Positions 1 through 9,794 of a DNA stretch of 44,062 bases are shown here, in pieces. A model generated the notes under the pieces. It saw only the letters and a program-made list of their open reading frames with translations. It ran no database searches and was not told where the DNA came from. This DNA comes from Amoeboaphelidium occidentale. Lineage: Eukaryota. The first letter of the stretch is position 1, and each line of letters begins with the position of its first letter. The DNA lies in assembly GCA_023515795.1 (NCBI GenBank), contig JALGPX010000101.1:1-44062 (forward strand), read 5' to 3'. The position numbers and the translations under genes are program-made.

Positions 1-615
1 TGGCACATTGTGGTTCTGCTGCTTCTCAGAAGAATACGATCTTGTGCAGGTTTCAACAGGTGTAGCATATTCGATGTAAATGGATCTGGTCTTCTTGTTT
101 TTTTTGGCGCCCATGGTGAACACGCTGTCTTGAAATGACCATCCTCCCAGATGTGGCCTTTTCTAGGTTTTTGGATGTGGTTTCTTGATCTAACTTACTC
201 ATTCAATGGTGGTTTGTTGTCTGGTCTTGGTTTACTTTCAGGATATTTGTTTTGTATTTTGTTCAAGGTGCATTACCGGATTTGTGGTGCTTGGTTCATA
301 TGTACCAGTTTCTAACGTGGTCTTTTTGGTTTTTTTCAAGGGAACATATAGTCTTGGAGAGATTGTCCAGCCAGCGTGGTTCTGTTGCTTTCATTGCTGA
401 TACGCCACTCTTCACCCCAACTCCATGTGGTTTCTTGTGCTCAAAGATTATTTTCCATGTGAGTTTGTTGTTTGGTTTATCTCATTAATACGAAGATTAA
501 GTCTCGTTTGGTTTGGGACACCCTAAAGACCGACATCTATGGTTTCTTGGCTTCGTGCTTGCATTAGAAGTGTCAATTATACGAAATCAATGGTGGTTTG
601 GTTAGTTCTAAAAAA

Positions 616-1587
616 AGGGTGGTTTTATTCATATCGACACAATGTGGTTTCTTGTGCAAAGACAAGTTAGTTCGAACTGGTTTTGTTGCTGGATCGTTTT
701 TTGTTTATAGGTTCATCGAGTCCCGGGATGTGGGAGGTTTTTCTACTCATAGTTATGGTTTTTTATGTTTCATATGTCATGGCGCCATTTCATTGTTTAA
801 TACAGATAGGAAAGCTTATGTTTAATGTGGTTCTTCTTTTGTCTTGTTTAGTAAATAGAAGTCTCTTTATTCCCTAAACTTTACCAAACGCTTTCACGAT
901 CGACTAAAATTTGTAATATTTCGTCAAACTGGTTCATTTGAGAAGGACNAAGGGTGGTTTTATTCATATCGACACAATGTGGTTTCTTGTGTACAGACAA
1001 GTTAGTTCGAACTGGTTTTGTTGCTGGATCGTTTTTTGTTTATAGGTTCATCGAGTCCCGGGATGTGGGAGGTTTTTCTACTCATAGTTATGGTTTTTTA
1101 TGTTTCATATGTCATGGCGCCATTTCATTGTTTAATACAGATAGGAAAGCTTATGTTTAATGTGGTTCTTCTTTTGTCTTGTTTAGTAAATAGAAGTCTC
1201 TTTATTCCCTAAACTTTACCAAACGCTTTCACGATCGACTAAAATTTGTAATNAAGGGTGGTTTTATTCATATCGACACAATGTGGTTTCTTGTGCACAG
1301 ACAAGTTAGTTCGAACTGGTTTTGTTGCTGGATCGTTTTTTGTTTATAGGTTCATCGAGTCCCGGGATGTGGGAGGTTATTCTACTCATAGTTATGGTTT
1401 TTTATGTTTCATACGGCATGGCGCCATTTCATTGTTTAATACAGATAGCAAAGCTTATGTTTAATGTGGTTCTTCTTTTGTCTTGTTTAGTAAATAGAAG
1501 TCTCTTTATTCCCTAAACTTTACCAAACGCTTTCACGATCGACTAAAATTTGTAATATTTCGTCAAACTGGTTCATTTGAGAAGGAC
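616..1587. repeat. Three near-identical ~300-330 bp copies separated by single Ns; probably an overlapping-contig or haplotype artefact
   Basis: Copies start AAGGGTGGTTTTATTCATATCGAC at ~616, 950 and 1254. Ns lie at 949 and 1253. Only a few SNPs separate the copies. Confidence 0.85.
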
Positions 1588-1735
1588 ATCAAAAAACAAT
1601 TACGAATGAACAAATACTAGGAACCAAATTCTAAAAAAACCGTTGGCTCAATGATCTCTTTGTGACATTTCTGTCCAATCAGAATCGATTTTGTCGGGAT
1701 TTGGAAACAGCGACTCAACTCTTCATATCATCAAA

Positions 1736-2689
1736 ATGAATCAAGCACAAAATAGGCAAGAGAATGTTGCTAGGCCTGAAGCCGGGGCAGGTAATCCGGA
1801 TGATATTTGGATACTCAGGGAAGGCGCGGCAAGAGCAGAAAAATTCCGTTTGTCAACGCTTCCTGCAGACTTTGACGACGTTGCGGGCTTCATTCGTCAT
1901 ATTAAGAATCACTACAGTGTTGCCTTTGCATCCGTAGAAGCGGACGAAATTGTAATCATTGACAAGGTTGGGGNTTCTGTCCAATCAGAATCGATTTTGT
2001 CGGGATTTGGAAACAGCGACTCAACTCTTCATATCCTCAAAATGAATCCAGCACAAAATAGGCAAGAGAATTTTGCTTTGCCTGAAGCTACAGGAGGAAA
2101 TCCAGATGAGATTTGGATACTGAGAGAGGGCGCGGCTGGCGCAGAAAAATTCCGTTTGTCAACGCTTCCTGCAGACTTTGACGACGTTGCGGGCTTCCGT
2201 CGTCATATTAAGAATCACTACAGTGTTGCCTTTGCATCCGTAGAAGCGGACGAAATTGTAATCATTGACAAGGTTGGGGGTGCTGCTTTGCCTGGGTCCA
2301 TGAAAGTCAGAGATTTGGCTGGAAACAGCGAAGAAAACCCATACCCGGTCAAGGTCAAAGGTTCGTCTTCTTCAGATATATTCTCACTGATATTCAAGGT
2401 AACTAATTCTTTGTGGAAGTCTAATTGAAAGGCGATACGACCGAGGCAATTCACAGGTTTGTTTTCTTTTGGGTCTGGTTCCTCTTCATCCTCGGATGTA
2501 AGTTCTGGGCCCTCGAAAGAGCCAAAGGGAATGGTGAAATCATCTTCGCCATTGTCCCGACCTTTTCCGCAGACCTACACGCACTCCAACAAGCAATCCA
2601 GAAAGAATGGTTCAGACGTAGATGGAAGGGACTTAAGGCGGCGGTTGGTCGCTGTTTCAGAGTTCAAAGATGAAATGTATACTGCATAA
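1736..2689 (+). CDS. Short Crinkler (CRN)-like protein: ubiquitin-like N-terminal domain plus Ser-rich tail; the N-terminal exon is duplicated across the N at 1974
   Basis: IWILREG..AEKF...DDVAGF..HIK.....ADEIVI....LPGS..V..LAGNSEENPYPVKV matches the fungal CRN N-terminal pattern. ATGs at 1736 (copy A) and 2042 (copy B). A predicted intron at 2399-2431 (GTAACT..GAAAG) joins in frame to ORF 2459-2689. Confidence 0.6.
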
Positions 2690-3160
2690 TAACTAAATAG
2701 AAGCATTTTTCGTTTTATTCTCTGTAAACGGGTCAGACTCTGATAAGCAGACGAGCCATTGATCATCAAAGGTGCAAGAACTGTCATTCCCCCTTAATAA
2801 AGACTAGCATATTGAGAATAAAGCCTGTTACCGAACTTAGAATACAAAGAGTCTACTCGAGTGCTTGAGTACAAACTTGGGCAAATTAGTCATACTCCGA
2901 CCCTGGCGAAGCCAGGGGCTCCCGCGNAGGCGGCGGTTGGTCGGTGTTTCAGAGGTCAAAGATGAAATGTATACTGCATAATAACTAAATAGAAGCATTT
3001 TTCGTGTTATTCTCTGTAAACGGGTCAGACTCTGATAAGCAGACGAGCCATTGATCATCGAAGGTGCAAGAACTGTCATTCCCCCTTAATAAAGACTAGC
3101 ATATTGAGAATAAAGCCTGTTACCGAACTTAGAATACAAAGAGTCTACTCGAGGGCTTGA
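2637..3160. repeat. Duplicated ~230 bp block (2637-2868 vs 2928-3160) either side of the N at 2927, with different right flanks
   Basis: Direct sequence identity with a few SNPs. The copies diverge after GCTTGA. Confidence 0.8.
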
Positions 3161-3212
3161 CTGTAAAGGTATCGGCCCAATCATTTCATCTTTTCATTAT
3201 CATTGCGACGAA

Positions 3213-5144
3213 ATGTCAATTAACATCGCGCTAAGTAAAGTATTTCCGCTATTGGGGAATTATTCGTGGAGGGATAATTTGATTGCGGATATTTTGGCGT
3301 CTTTGACTCTTTTATCAGTTGTCTTGCCTCAAGCTATCGCTTATGGATCACTTACTGGATTGCCCTCAGAGTTTGGTCTTTACACATCGATTGCGCCTGT
3401 TCTTGTATATTCGTTACTTTGCTCGAGTAGACACGTGGTCGTGGGGACATTCGCATTGACTTCTCTGATAATTAGATCTTCCGTAGACACGATACAGGAC
3501 GAATACGGTCACGAACTCTCGATGGATGATCGGATATCTGTTACATTGCTTCTCTCTGCTTTAAGTGGCCTGTTTCAAATGTTCTTTGGGGGTATCAGGG
3601 CTGCTGGAATAATGTCAAAGTATCTTCTGCCTGATTCTTTGATAAGCGGAATGAGTGCAGCAGCCGGTTTTGCTATCGCGAAATCACAATGGTCTGCATT
3701 CTTTGGGATGAAGATACCAGCCTTTCGATACCTCTCTTTCGTGCGCTCAATAGCTTATGTCGTGAGCAATTTCTCACTAATTGATTACAAGTCTGTGATT
3801 ATTGCTTTGGTAGTTTTGCTTACAGCTTTGGTGATAAAGCAAATTAATAAGAAGAAGGGTTGGCTTGTTCCTGATATTTTAATTGGAGTTATAATTGGTA
3901 CTATTCTTACTATTTGGGTAAAAGTTCCTACAATAGGTTACATTCCTCCTGGTATTCCTTCTCCGTATGTTCCGAAATTATCGTCAGAAGTCGATGCTTC
4001 CAGGGTCTTTAGTCTCACGATATATCCCGCTATCAAGCTTGGTCTTGTTAATGGTGTGATATCTATGGCGCTAGTACTTTTATATGCAAAGAAATATGAT
4101 TACAGTTCTGAGATAAAGATGAACAGAGAAATGTTTGTACTTGGTCTCTCCACTGTTGTCAGTATCTTTATCGGCAGGTCTTACGCTTCATGTGGTAGCT
4201 TAAGCAGAACTGCTCTTCTGACGGATGCTGGTTCTAAAAGTCAGTGGGCAAATATTATGACTGCGCTTCTTGTATTGATTTCACTGTTGTTATTAACGCC
4301 TATACTTTCTTTGATTCCAATTTCTGCACTAGCTGCTGTTGTTATTCTTGCCGTTCGAACACTCATAAGCAACATTTCTGATGGCATCAAATATATCAAG
4401 AATGCAAGACAGAAAGCTGTGGATGATTTAGATAAGGAGTGGATTAATCAAACAATTAATGCTTTCGTTTGGTGGATTACTTTCATTATCGTTTTTGCAG
4501 TTGAAATTGATATTGGAATGGCAGCTGGTATTCTGGTTTGTGTATTGATAAGTTTAAGTCGATCAATACCGAGATTAGATGAAGTTGTGTTGTTTAATTC
4601 ACAAGAACACTCTGATACATTGATATATGCTACGCTGATTCCAAACAATATCTTTAAAAGCACTATTGGAAGGAAACCAGAAGATTGCGGTGTTGGTAGG
4701 TTCAGCTCAAACAAGTCTTCGTCTCAGGTTTTAAAGGAATCGATTGTTTCTCCAAAGAGACATGATATTTTAAAAATTGTTCGACTAGAATGCTTTGAAG
4801 TGTTATCAACTTGGTGTCTTAAACGACTTGTATCTAAAGAAGCTGGTAGATTATCAGAAGATTGTCAGTATTTGATTGTGGATGTTTCATTCTACAGGAA
4901 AATAAGTCACAAACAATTGCTTTCAATTTCAGCTGCAGAAACTAGAGTTGATGTTTTCTTTGTTGTTCATTCTCTATCTTCTTTCGCAGAAACGTCGACA
5001 GAAGACTTTTTGATTGTCGACAAGGAATCAATTCTCTTTACCAGTATTTTCGACGCTGTTGCTCACTGCGAAAGATTGAAATCGCCTTCTCAAAGACAAT
5101 CACCTCTACCATCTTTCAGTGCTGCACTAACTATTAAACAATAG
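3213..5144 (+). CDS. SLC26/SulP-family anion (sulfate/bicarbonate) transporter with a degenerate C-terminal STAS region
   Basis: DILASLT..SVVLPQAIAYGSL, GLYTS, SSRHVVVGTFA, NREM, GSLSRT motifs and many hydrophobic helices. Confidence 0.9.
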   Translation: MSINIALSKVFPLLGNYSWRDNLIADILASLTLLSVVLPQAIAYGSLTGLPSEFGLYTSIAPVLVYSLLCSSRHVVVGTFALTSLIIRSSVDTIQDEYGHELSMDDRISVTLLLSALSGLFQMFFGGIRAAGIMSKYLLPDSLISGMSAAAGFAIAKSQWSAFFGMKIPAFRYLSFVRSIAYVVSNFSLIDYKSVIIALVVLLTALVIKQINKKKGWLVPDILIGVIIGTILTIWVKVPTIGYIPPGIPSPYVPKLSSEVDASRVFSLTIYPAIKLGLVNGVISMALVLLYAKKYDYSSEIKMNREMFVLGLSTVVSIFIGRSYASCGSLSRTALLTDAGSKSQWANIMTALLVLISLLLLTPILSLIPISALAAVVILAVRTLISNISDGIKYIKNARQKAVDDLDKEWINQTINAFVWWITFIIVFAVEIDIGMAAGILVCVLISLSRSIPRLDEVVLFNSQEHSDTLIYATLIPNNIFKSTIGRKPEDCGVGRFSSNKSSSQVLKESIVSPKRHDILKIVRLECFEVLSTWCLKRLVSKEAGRLSEDCQYLIVDVSFYRKISHKQLLSISAAETRVDVFFVVHSLSSFAETSTEDFLIVDKESILFTSIFDAVAHCERLKSPSQRQSPLPSFSAALTIKQ

Positions 5145-5166
5145 ACCATTAATCACCTCTTTATTT

Positions 5167-6460
5167 CTAGAATCTTCTTCTCTTGCCGCGACCTCTTCCT
5201 CTGCCTCTGTGGCCACCCTTTCTCTTATTTGCACCTTGCTTTAATCGTTCTTGCAATGCCTTGATTTGTGCTTCTTCCTCTTCTCCTTCCAAAACACAGA
5301 TTTCCCATTTGGCACCTTCTTGTGGACATGTTTCCTTTAACGAATTAATAATATCTTCAGGAACAGTCGAACCAAAACGGACTAAACCAACCAAAGGACT
5401 TTCTTCAGACAATGGAAACTGAACATTCTTGCAGTCTGCTGACTTTTCTTTGAAGAATGTGGTTAAAGCTTTGAAATCAAGTTCAGGTGCTTGTTCAAAT
5501 GTGAACTTCAAGAAGCAACCCTTAGAGATTTCAAATGGCAACTCAGATTCTTTGGAATCCTCAGAAGCCTCAGGAGCAGAGGCTTTGTAGAAAGCCTTTT
5601 CCTTATCACCAGAAACAACTGAAGCAGTGAAATTAACACCCTCGACAGTATTGTTTTCCTTCTGTTCATTCAACTGTTCTACAACACTCGCAGCAATAGC
5701 ATCTTCGAATTGAACAATGAATGAGTTCTCTTCTTCTGCCTTCTTCAATTCTTTAACAGAGCTGAAGCCTTGCATGATTTCCTTCAATTTTTCTTCCGCG
5801 CCCTCTGGCAAAGCAGCGACAAACTGAACAGCAACGAGACATCCAGACAAGTAATCAACTTCGATCTTCTTCTTTTCCTTCTTTGCAGCCTTTTTGTCTT
5901 CAATATTCTTAATAACGTCTGCCTTCTTAACGAACTGCAATGGGAACTCTTGATACTTTATCTCCTGTGCGATAATTTCTTCCATCTTTTCGACAGATTT
6001 GAACTCAACCCACGCGGTACCGCTGAACTGACCATTAAGTCTCTTCTGACGTACCAAAACAGGTTTTGCGATCGTATTGAAGAACGCGAGCAATTCATCC
6101 AAAGTGCATTCCAATGGGAATCCGTTAACTTGGCAGGTCTTCTTGTCGTGCTCAGCTTGATCAGATGGAACGAACGGCACTTTACGGCTGATACCTCCTT
6201 CGGTGACATTCAACAATTCAGAATCTTTCAATGCTTCCTTCAAATCATCCATGTTCTCAGTCAAAGCTTTTACGCGATTGAAAGTTGCCAAAACATCCAG
6301 AGGCACGACTAAACGCGTCAATTGATATTAGCCGTAATCACTTACTTCCGCTCTCATTCGCTGAGATCTTCTTGCGCATGAATTCATCACGAACTAAGTT
6401 TGCATCGCTGAAGTAGAATTCCAACTGATTTTTGATCTTGAGTGCCTTTTCTTGATCCAT
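5167..6460 (-). CDS. LHP1: La autoantigen / Lhp1-like RNA-binding protein (La motif, RRMs, RG-rich tail)
   Basis: Exon 1 (6460-6346) encodes KIKNQLEFYFSDANLVRDEFM. Intron 6345-6309 (GTAAGT..TTTAG). Exon 2 encodes VPLDVLATFNRVK, RNP1-like FSGTAWVEF and a C-terminal RGRGRG. Confidence 0.88.
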
Positions 6461-6513
6461 CTTTGAAAAAAAACGGAAAATTGGAGTGCGACTATTAGCT
6501 GGTCTATTCTGTT

Positions 6514-7854
6514 TCATTCGTGCTCTTCCAGGAACTCGGCAATGTGATCCCAGCAACGCTCTTTAGCACATTTGCCCCAAAGGAATTCAACATGTTCATA
6601 GCCTTCTATCTCTAGCTGTTTCACTGATAGTTTGTGCTTTTTAAGGAGTGTTTTAGCATCAACTAGAAAATCTTTTGTACCCCATACCATAAAGACATTC
6701 ATTTCTTTCAGATAGTCAAGAGATATCTGTTGATCATTCTTATCGACCAGACAGCCTTTCCGTGCAGACCGCATCCAATGCTTTATAACGTGAGTAGAAG
6801 TCGGTCTCGGAGTAAATCTAAAACATGCGTGCTTAAACTTTTTATCCCACAGACAATCGCTCCAATTGAATAGAAAGGAAAACATCAAGTAGCCCATACG
6901 GGAGAATAACCAAATCGGAATAGTGTGATGAACAAGAGTCATAATCGGTATGAACTCTTGCGTGCCAAATATGAACTCAAACCAATGCTCTTCTAGCTCA
7001 ACTAGTAGTCGCATTGGCCAGCCGAATGTACCTAAATACGCGGAGGGCGCCAAAGCAGTGAAACTCTTGATCTTTTTGCGCAAGTCTGGATTATTGAAAC
7101 CGATGAATGCTTGTGCATTTCCTTGTGAGTGACCAATGTAGTGTAAAGAATCTGATCCCGTTGTTAGGCACACGTGATCGATAATCGCAGGCAGATCGTA
7201 AGAGGCAAGATCATGGATATCAAAGTTCCAATTCTTCTTCTTATTAGAGTCTTGCTTTCCTTTGTTACCGTGCAGTTTATCATTTGAAAGATAAGTTGTA
7301 GTCTTATCAATAGGCAATCCTCGTGAATTACCAAGCCATACGTCATAGCCAAGATCGACCAAAAGGTAAGCTAAACTTCGGCGTCCTGTCGAAACATAAA
7401 CTCCCGATGATTGTAACAGGCCATGCATCAGCAGAACCGGATGTTTTCTATAAGCTGTAACATTTGGTGATGTAATCCTGTGCAGCAACAGTTGGTGTCC
7501 ATCTGATGTCCAGACTATTGAGTCCTCTACGTCATAATTCTGGCGCTTGACATAATCATGCACAGCAAAGGAATCATGATAAGGCTCATCTTCCAATAGA
7601 TAATCATCTTCCTCGTGCGTGACATCATCTGCCACAATAACGATATCGTCAGAGTTCATTGTGCTTTTTGTGGTTGATTTCAATCCCTTTTGGTTCCTAT
7701 CAGAGGTCCCAAACCATGTCATATTCGTCATGGCCCATGAAACCAACGCATGTAAAACCAGCGCAGTGAGCACAATTGTTGATACGAAATGAGATATCGC
7801 CTGTCTTACGAGCAAAGGCAGTCTGAAATACGTTGCTTTAAGTATCGATTTCAT
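6514..7854 (-). CDS. Alpha/beta-hydrolase acid lipase / steryl ester hydrolase (LIPA/TGL1/YEH family)
   Basis: TSDGHQLLLHRI, VLLMHGLLQSS, GYDVWLGNSRG, YDLPAIID, nucleophile motif GHSQG, catalytic His region YEHVEFLW and an N-terminal hydrophobic segment. Confidence 0.92.
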   Translation of the reverse strand: MKSILKATYFRLPLLVRQAISHFVSTIVLTALVLHALVSWAMTNMTWFGTSDRNQKGLKSTTKSTMNSDDIVIVADDVTHEEDDYLLEDEPYHDSFAVHDYVKRQNYDVEDSIVWTSDGHQLLLHRITSPNVTAYRKHPVLLMHGLLQSSGVYVSTGRRSLAYLLVDLGYDVWLGNSRGLPIDKTTTYLSNDKLHGNKGKQDSNKKKNWNFDIHDLASYDLPAIIDHVCLTTGSDSLHYIGHSQGNAQAFIGFNNPDLRKKIKSFTALAPSAYLGTFGWPMRLLVELEEHWFEFIFGTQEFIPIMTLVHHTIPIWLFSRMGYLMFSFLFNWSDCLWDKKFKHACFRFTPRPTSTHVIKHWMRSARKGCLVDKNDQQISLDYLKEMNVFMVWGTKDFLVDAKTLLKKHKLSVKQLEIEGYEHVEFLWGKCAKERCWDHIAEFLEEHE

Positions 7855-8022
7855 ACTGCAGAATATTAGAGGTGATGGCAGAACGTTCTAAGCAAGGCAA
7901 TGGCCGAATCACCTGATAAATATCAAATTCGGGCAAGCTACAAGGGAAAGTCGGAGCATGAAACCTGTCGAACGCGCTAACGAAGAACGTTTGAAACTTG
8001 TTCTTTCTCTTTCAGTGATAAG

Positions 8023-9192
8023 ATGCTAAGGATTCTGTTTAAGAAAAGATCGTTGGCAACTTCAAGTGCGCCACTTAAGAAGACTCCTCTGTATGATTTA
8101 CATTTGAAGCATCAGGGCAAAATGGTTGACTTTGCTGGTTGGCTTATGCCTCTGCAGTATCCTTCGCTTTCAATCATAAACTCTGTTAAGCACACTCGTG
8201 AAAAGGCTTCCGTATTCGATGTTTCTCACATGCTTCAGTTCAATTTGAAAGGAAAAGATTCACTGAAGTTCTTTGAGTCACTCTGTGTAGCAGATTTGCA
8301 TCAGTTGAAGCCTGAAGAATCTGTTTTAAGTGTTTTAGTTAATGGCAATGGTGGCATTGTTGATGATATGATTGTAAATAAGAAGACAAATGAGTTGCTA
8401 TACGTTGTTAGTAATGCGGGTTGTGCTGAGAAGGATTTGAAGTTCATTCGTGGGGCTTTGGCTAAATTCAAAGGAGACGTTCGCTTGGATATCATCGAAA
8501 ACACTGCATTATTGGCTATTCAAGGACCATTAGCAGCTCCTGTTTTAAAAAAACTGTCTGGAGAGAATCTGAGCTCATTTGCATTTATGACTACACGCCG
8601 CATGAAAGTTGGTGGTATCGATGTTCATGTTTCAAGATCTGGTTATACAGGAGAAGATGGTTTTGAAATTCAGGTTGGGTCAAAGCATAGTGCCAAATTC
8701 GCAGAGATGCTTTTGAATGAAGAAGGAGTTGAATGGGCTGGTTTAGGTGCACGTGATACGCTTCGTCTTGAAGCTGGAATGTGCTTGTATGGGCATGATT
8801 TGGACGAAGAAACGACACCAGTTGAAGCAGGTCTTACTTGGACCATTGGTAAAAGAAGAAGAGCAGAAGGTGGTTTTAATGGTTCTGAGTTTGTTTTGCC
8901 TCAATTGGCTAAAGGTGCAAAGTTGCCAAAACGTCGAATTGGATTAATTGTTGAAGGTGCTCCTGCTAGAGAAGGAGCTTTGATATACGCTGAAGATGGC
9001 GCTTTATTGGGTAAAGTCACTAGTGGATGTCCTTCTCCAAACTTGGGAAAGAATGTTGCAATGGGTTATGTCAAAGGAGACGGTTCTTGGCATAAGTCTG
9101 GAACGAAATTGAAAGTCGAAGTAAGAAAGAAGATGCAGGACGCTGTAGTTACCAAGATGCCATTTGTTGAAACAAAATATCATAAAGTTTGA
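8023..9192 (+). CDS. GCV1: Mitochondrial aminomethyltransferase (glycine cleavage T protein)
   Basis: KTPLYDLH, FAGWLMPLQY, FDVSHM, SRSGYTGEDGFEI, GLGARDTLRLEAGMCLYG and a basic presequence. Confidence 0.97.
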   Translation: MLRILFKKRSLATSSAPLKKTPLYDLHLKHQGKMVDFAGWLMPLQYPSLSIINSVKHTREKASVFDVSHMLQFNLKGKDSLKFFESLCVADLHQLKPEESVLSVLVNGNGGIVDDMIVNKKTNELLYVVSNAGCAEKDLKFIRGALAKFKGDVRLDIIENTALLAIQGPLAAPVLKKLSGENLSSFAFMTTRRMKVGGIDVHVSRSGYTGEDGFEIQVGSKHSAKFAEMLLNEEGVEWAGLGARDTLRLEAGMCLYGHDLDEETTPVEAGLTWTIGKRRRAEGGFNGSEFVLPQLAKGAKLPKRRIGLIVEGAPAREGALIYAEDGALLGKVTSGCPSPNLGKNVAMGYVKGDGSWHKSGTKLKVEVRKKMQDAVVTKMPFVETKYHKV

Positions 9193-9291
9193 ATAAATGG
9201 GGAGTTATTCTACGCGAGAGGGTTTCTAGGTGAAGTGTGATGCTCTTCGAATCAAATTGCGCCGTTCTTGTTTCACTACAATCTTTTCGAA

Positions 9292-9762
9292 ATGAATACG
9301 GAATATCACTACCAACAGCTGGATAAAGACCAAAAAGTTCACGAAAGATCATCCCTAGTCACATGCCTTCGTAGCAAATACACAAACTGGATCTTAATCA
9401 TCTTATTGGCACTTGTAACAGTCGGAATGTTCTTGCCTTCGACCCATTTGCGAGATTCTGATGTTGCGCACACTCGTAAGAATGAAGCATACCGAGCAAA
9501 TGACGGAATTCAGTCGTTCATTGTTACTTTGAATGATGGTGCAGAGGAAAAAGACATTGATAAGGCCATAACAAGGATTGCAAGCCAACTTCCTGATTTC
9601 AGATTGACCCAGAGGTTCAGCACTGTGCTTAAAGGCTTCGCTTTCACTGTACCATACAGCTTAGGAGCAAGAGCTATGACTGTCGCTAAGGAAGATCGAC
9701 TAATTGAAAGTATTGAAGAGGATCAACCTATGTACGCCTTGAATGATGATAAACTCAAGTAA
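9292..9762 (+). CDS. Stand-alone peptidase inhibitor I9 (subtilisin-propeptide-like) domain with an N-terminal transmembrane anchor
   Basis: SFIVTLND...FSTVLKGFAFTV...IESIEEDQPM resembles the I9 consensus. WILIILLALVTVGMFL is a likely TM helix. No protease domain follows. Confidence 0.7.
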   Translation: MNTEYHYQQLDKDQKVHERSSLVTCLRSKYTNWILIILLALVTVGMFLPSTHLRDSDVAHTRKNEAYRANDGIQSFIVTLNDGAEEKDIDKAITRIASQLPDFRLTQRFSTVLKGFAFTVPYSLGARAMTVAKEDRLIESIEEDQPMYALNDDKLK

Positions 9763-9794
9763 CTTCAATAAATATTTCGTTTGTGATATCAACC

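Noticed and set aside
120..165. Minus-strand GHIWEDGHFKTAC resembling a decayed gag zinc knuckle
   Set aside because: Two Cys residues are missing, the spacing is wrong and there is no supporting ORF.
616..1587. Possible CRISPR-like or true tandem array with repeated small ORFs
   Set aside because: The units are ~300 bp, have no spacers and each join is a single N, consistent with contig overlap. The ORFs are T-rich noise.
5770..6312. 180-aa plus-strand ORF and other antisense ORFs within genes
   Set aside because: These are shadows of well-supported genes on the opposite strand and carry no motifs.
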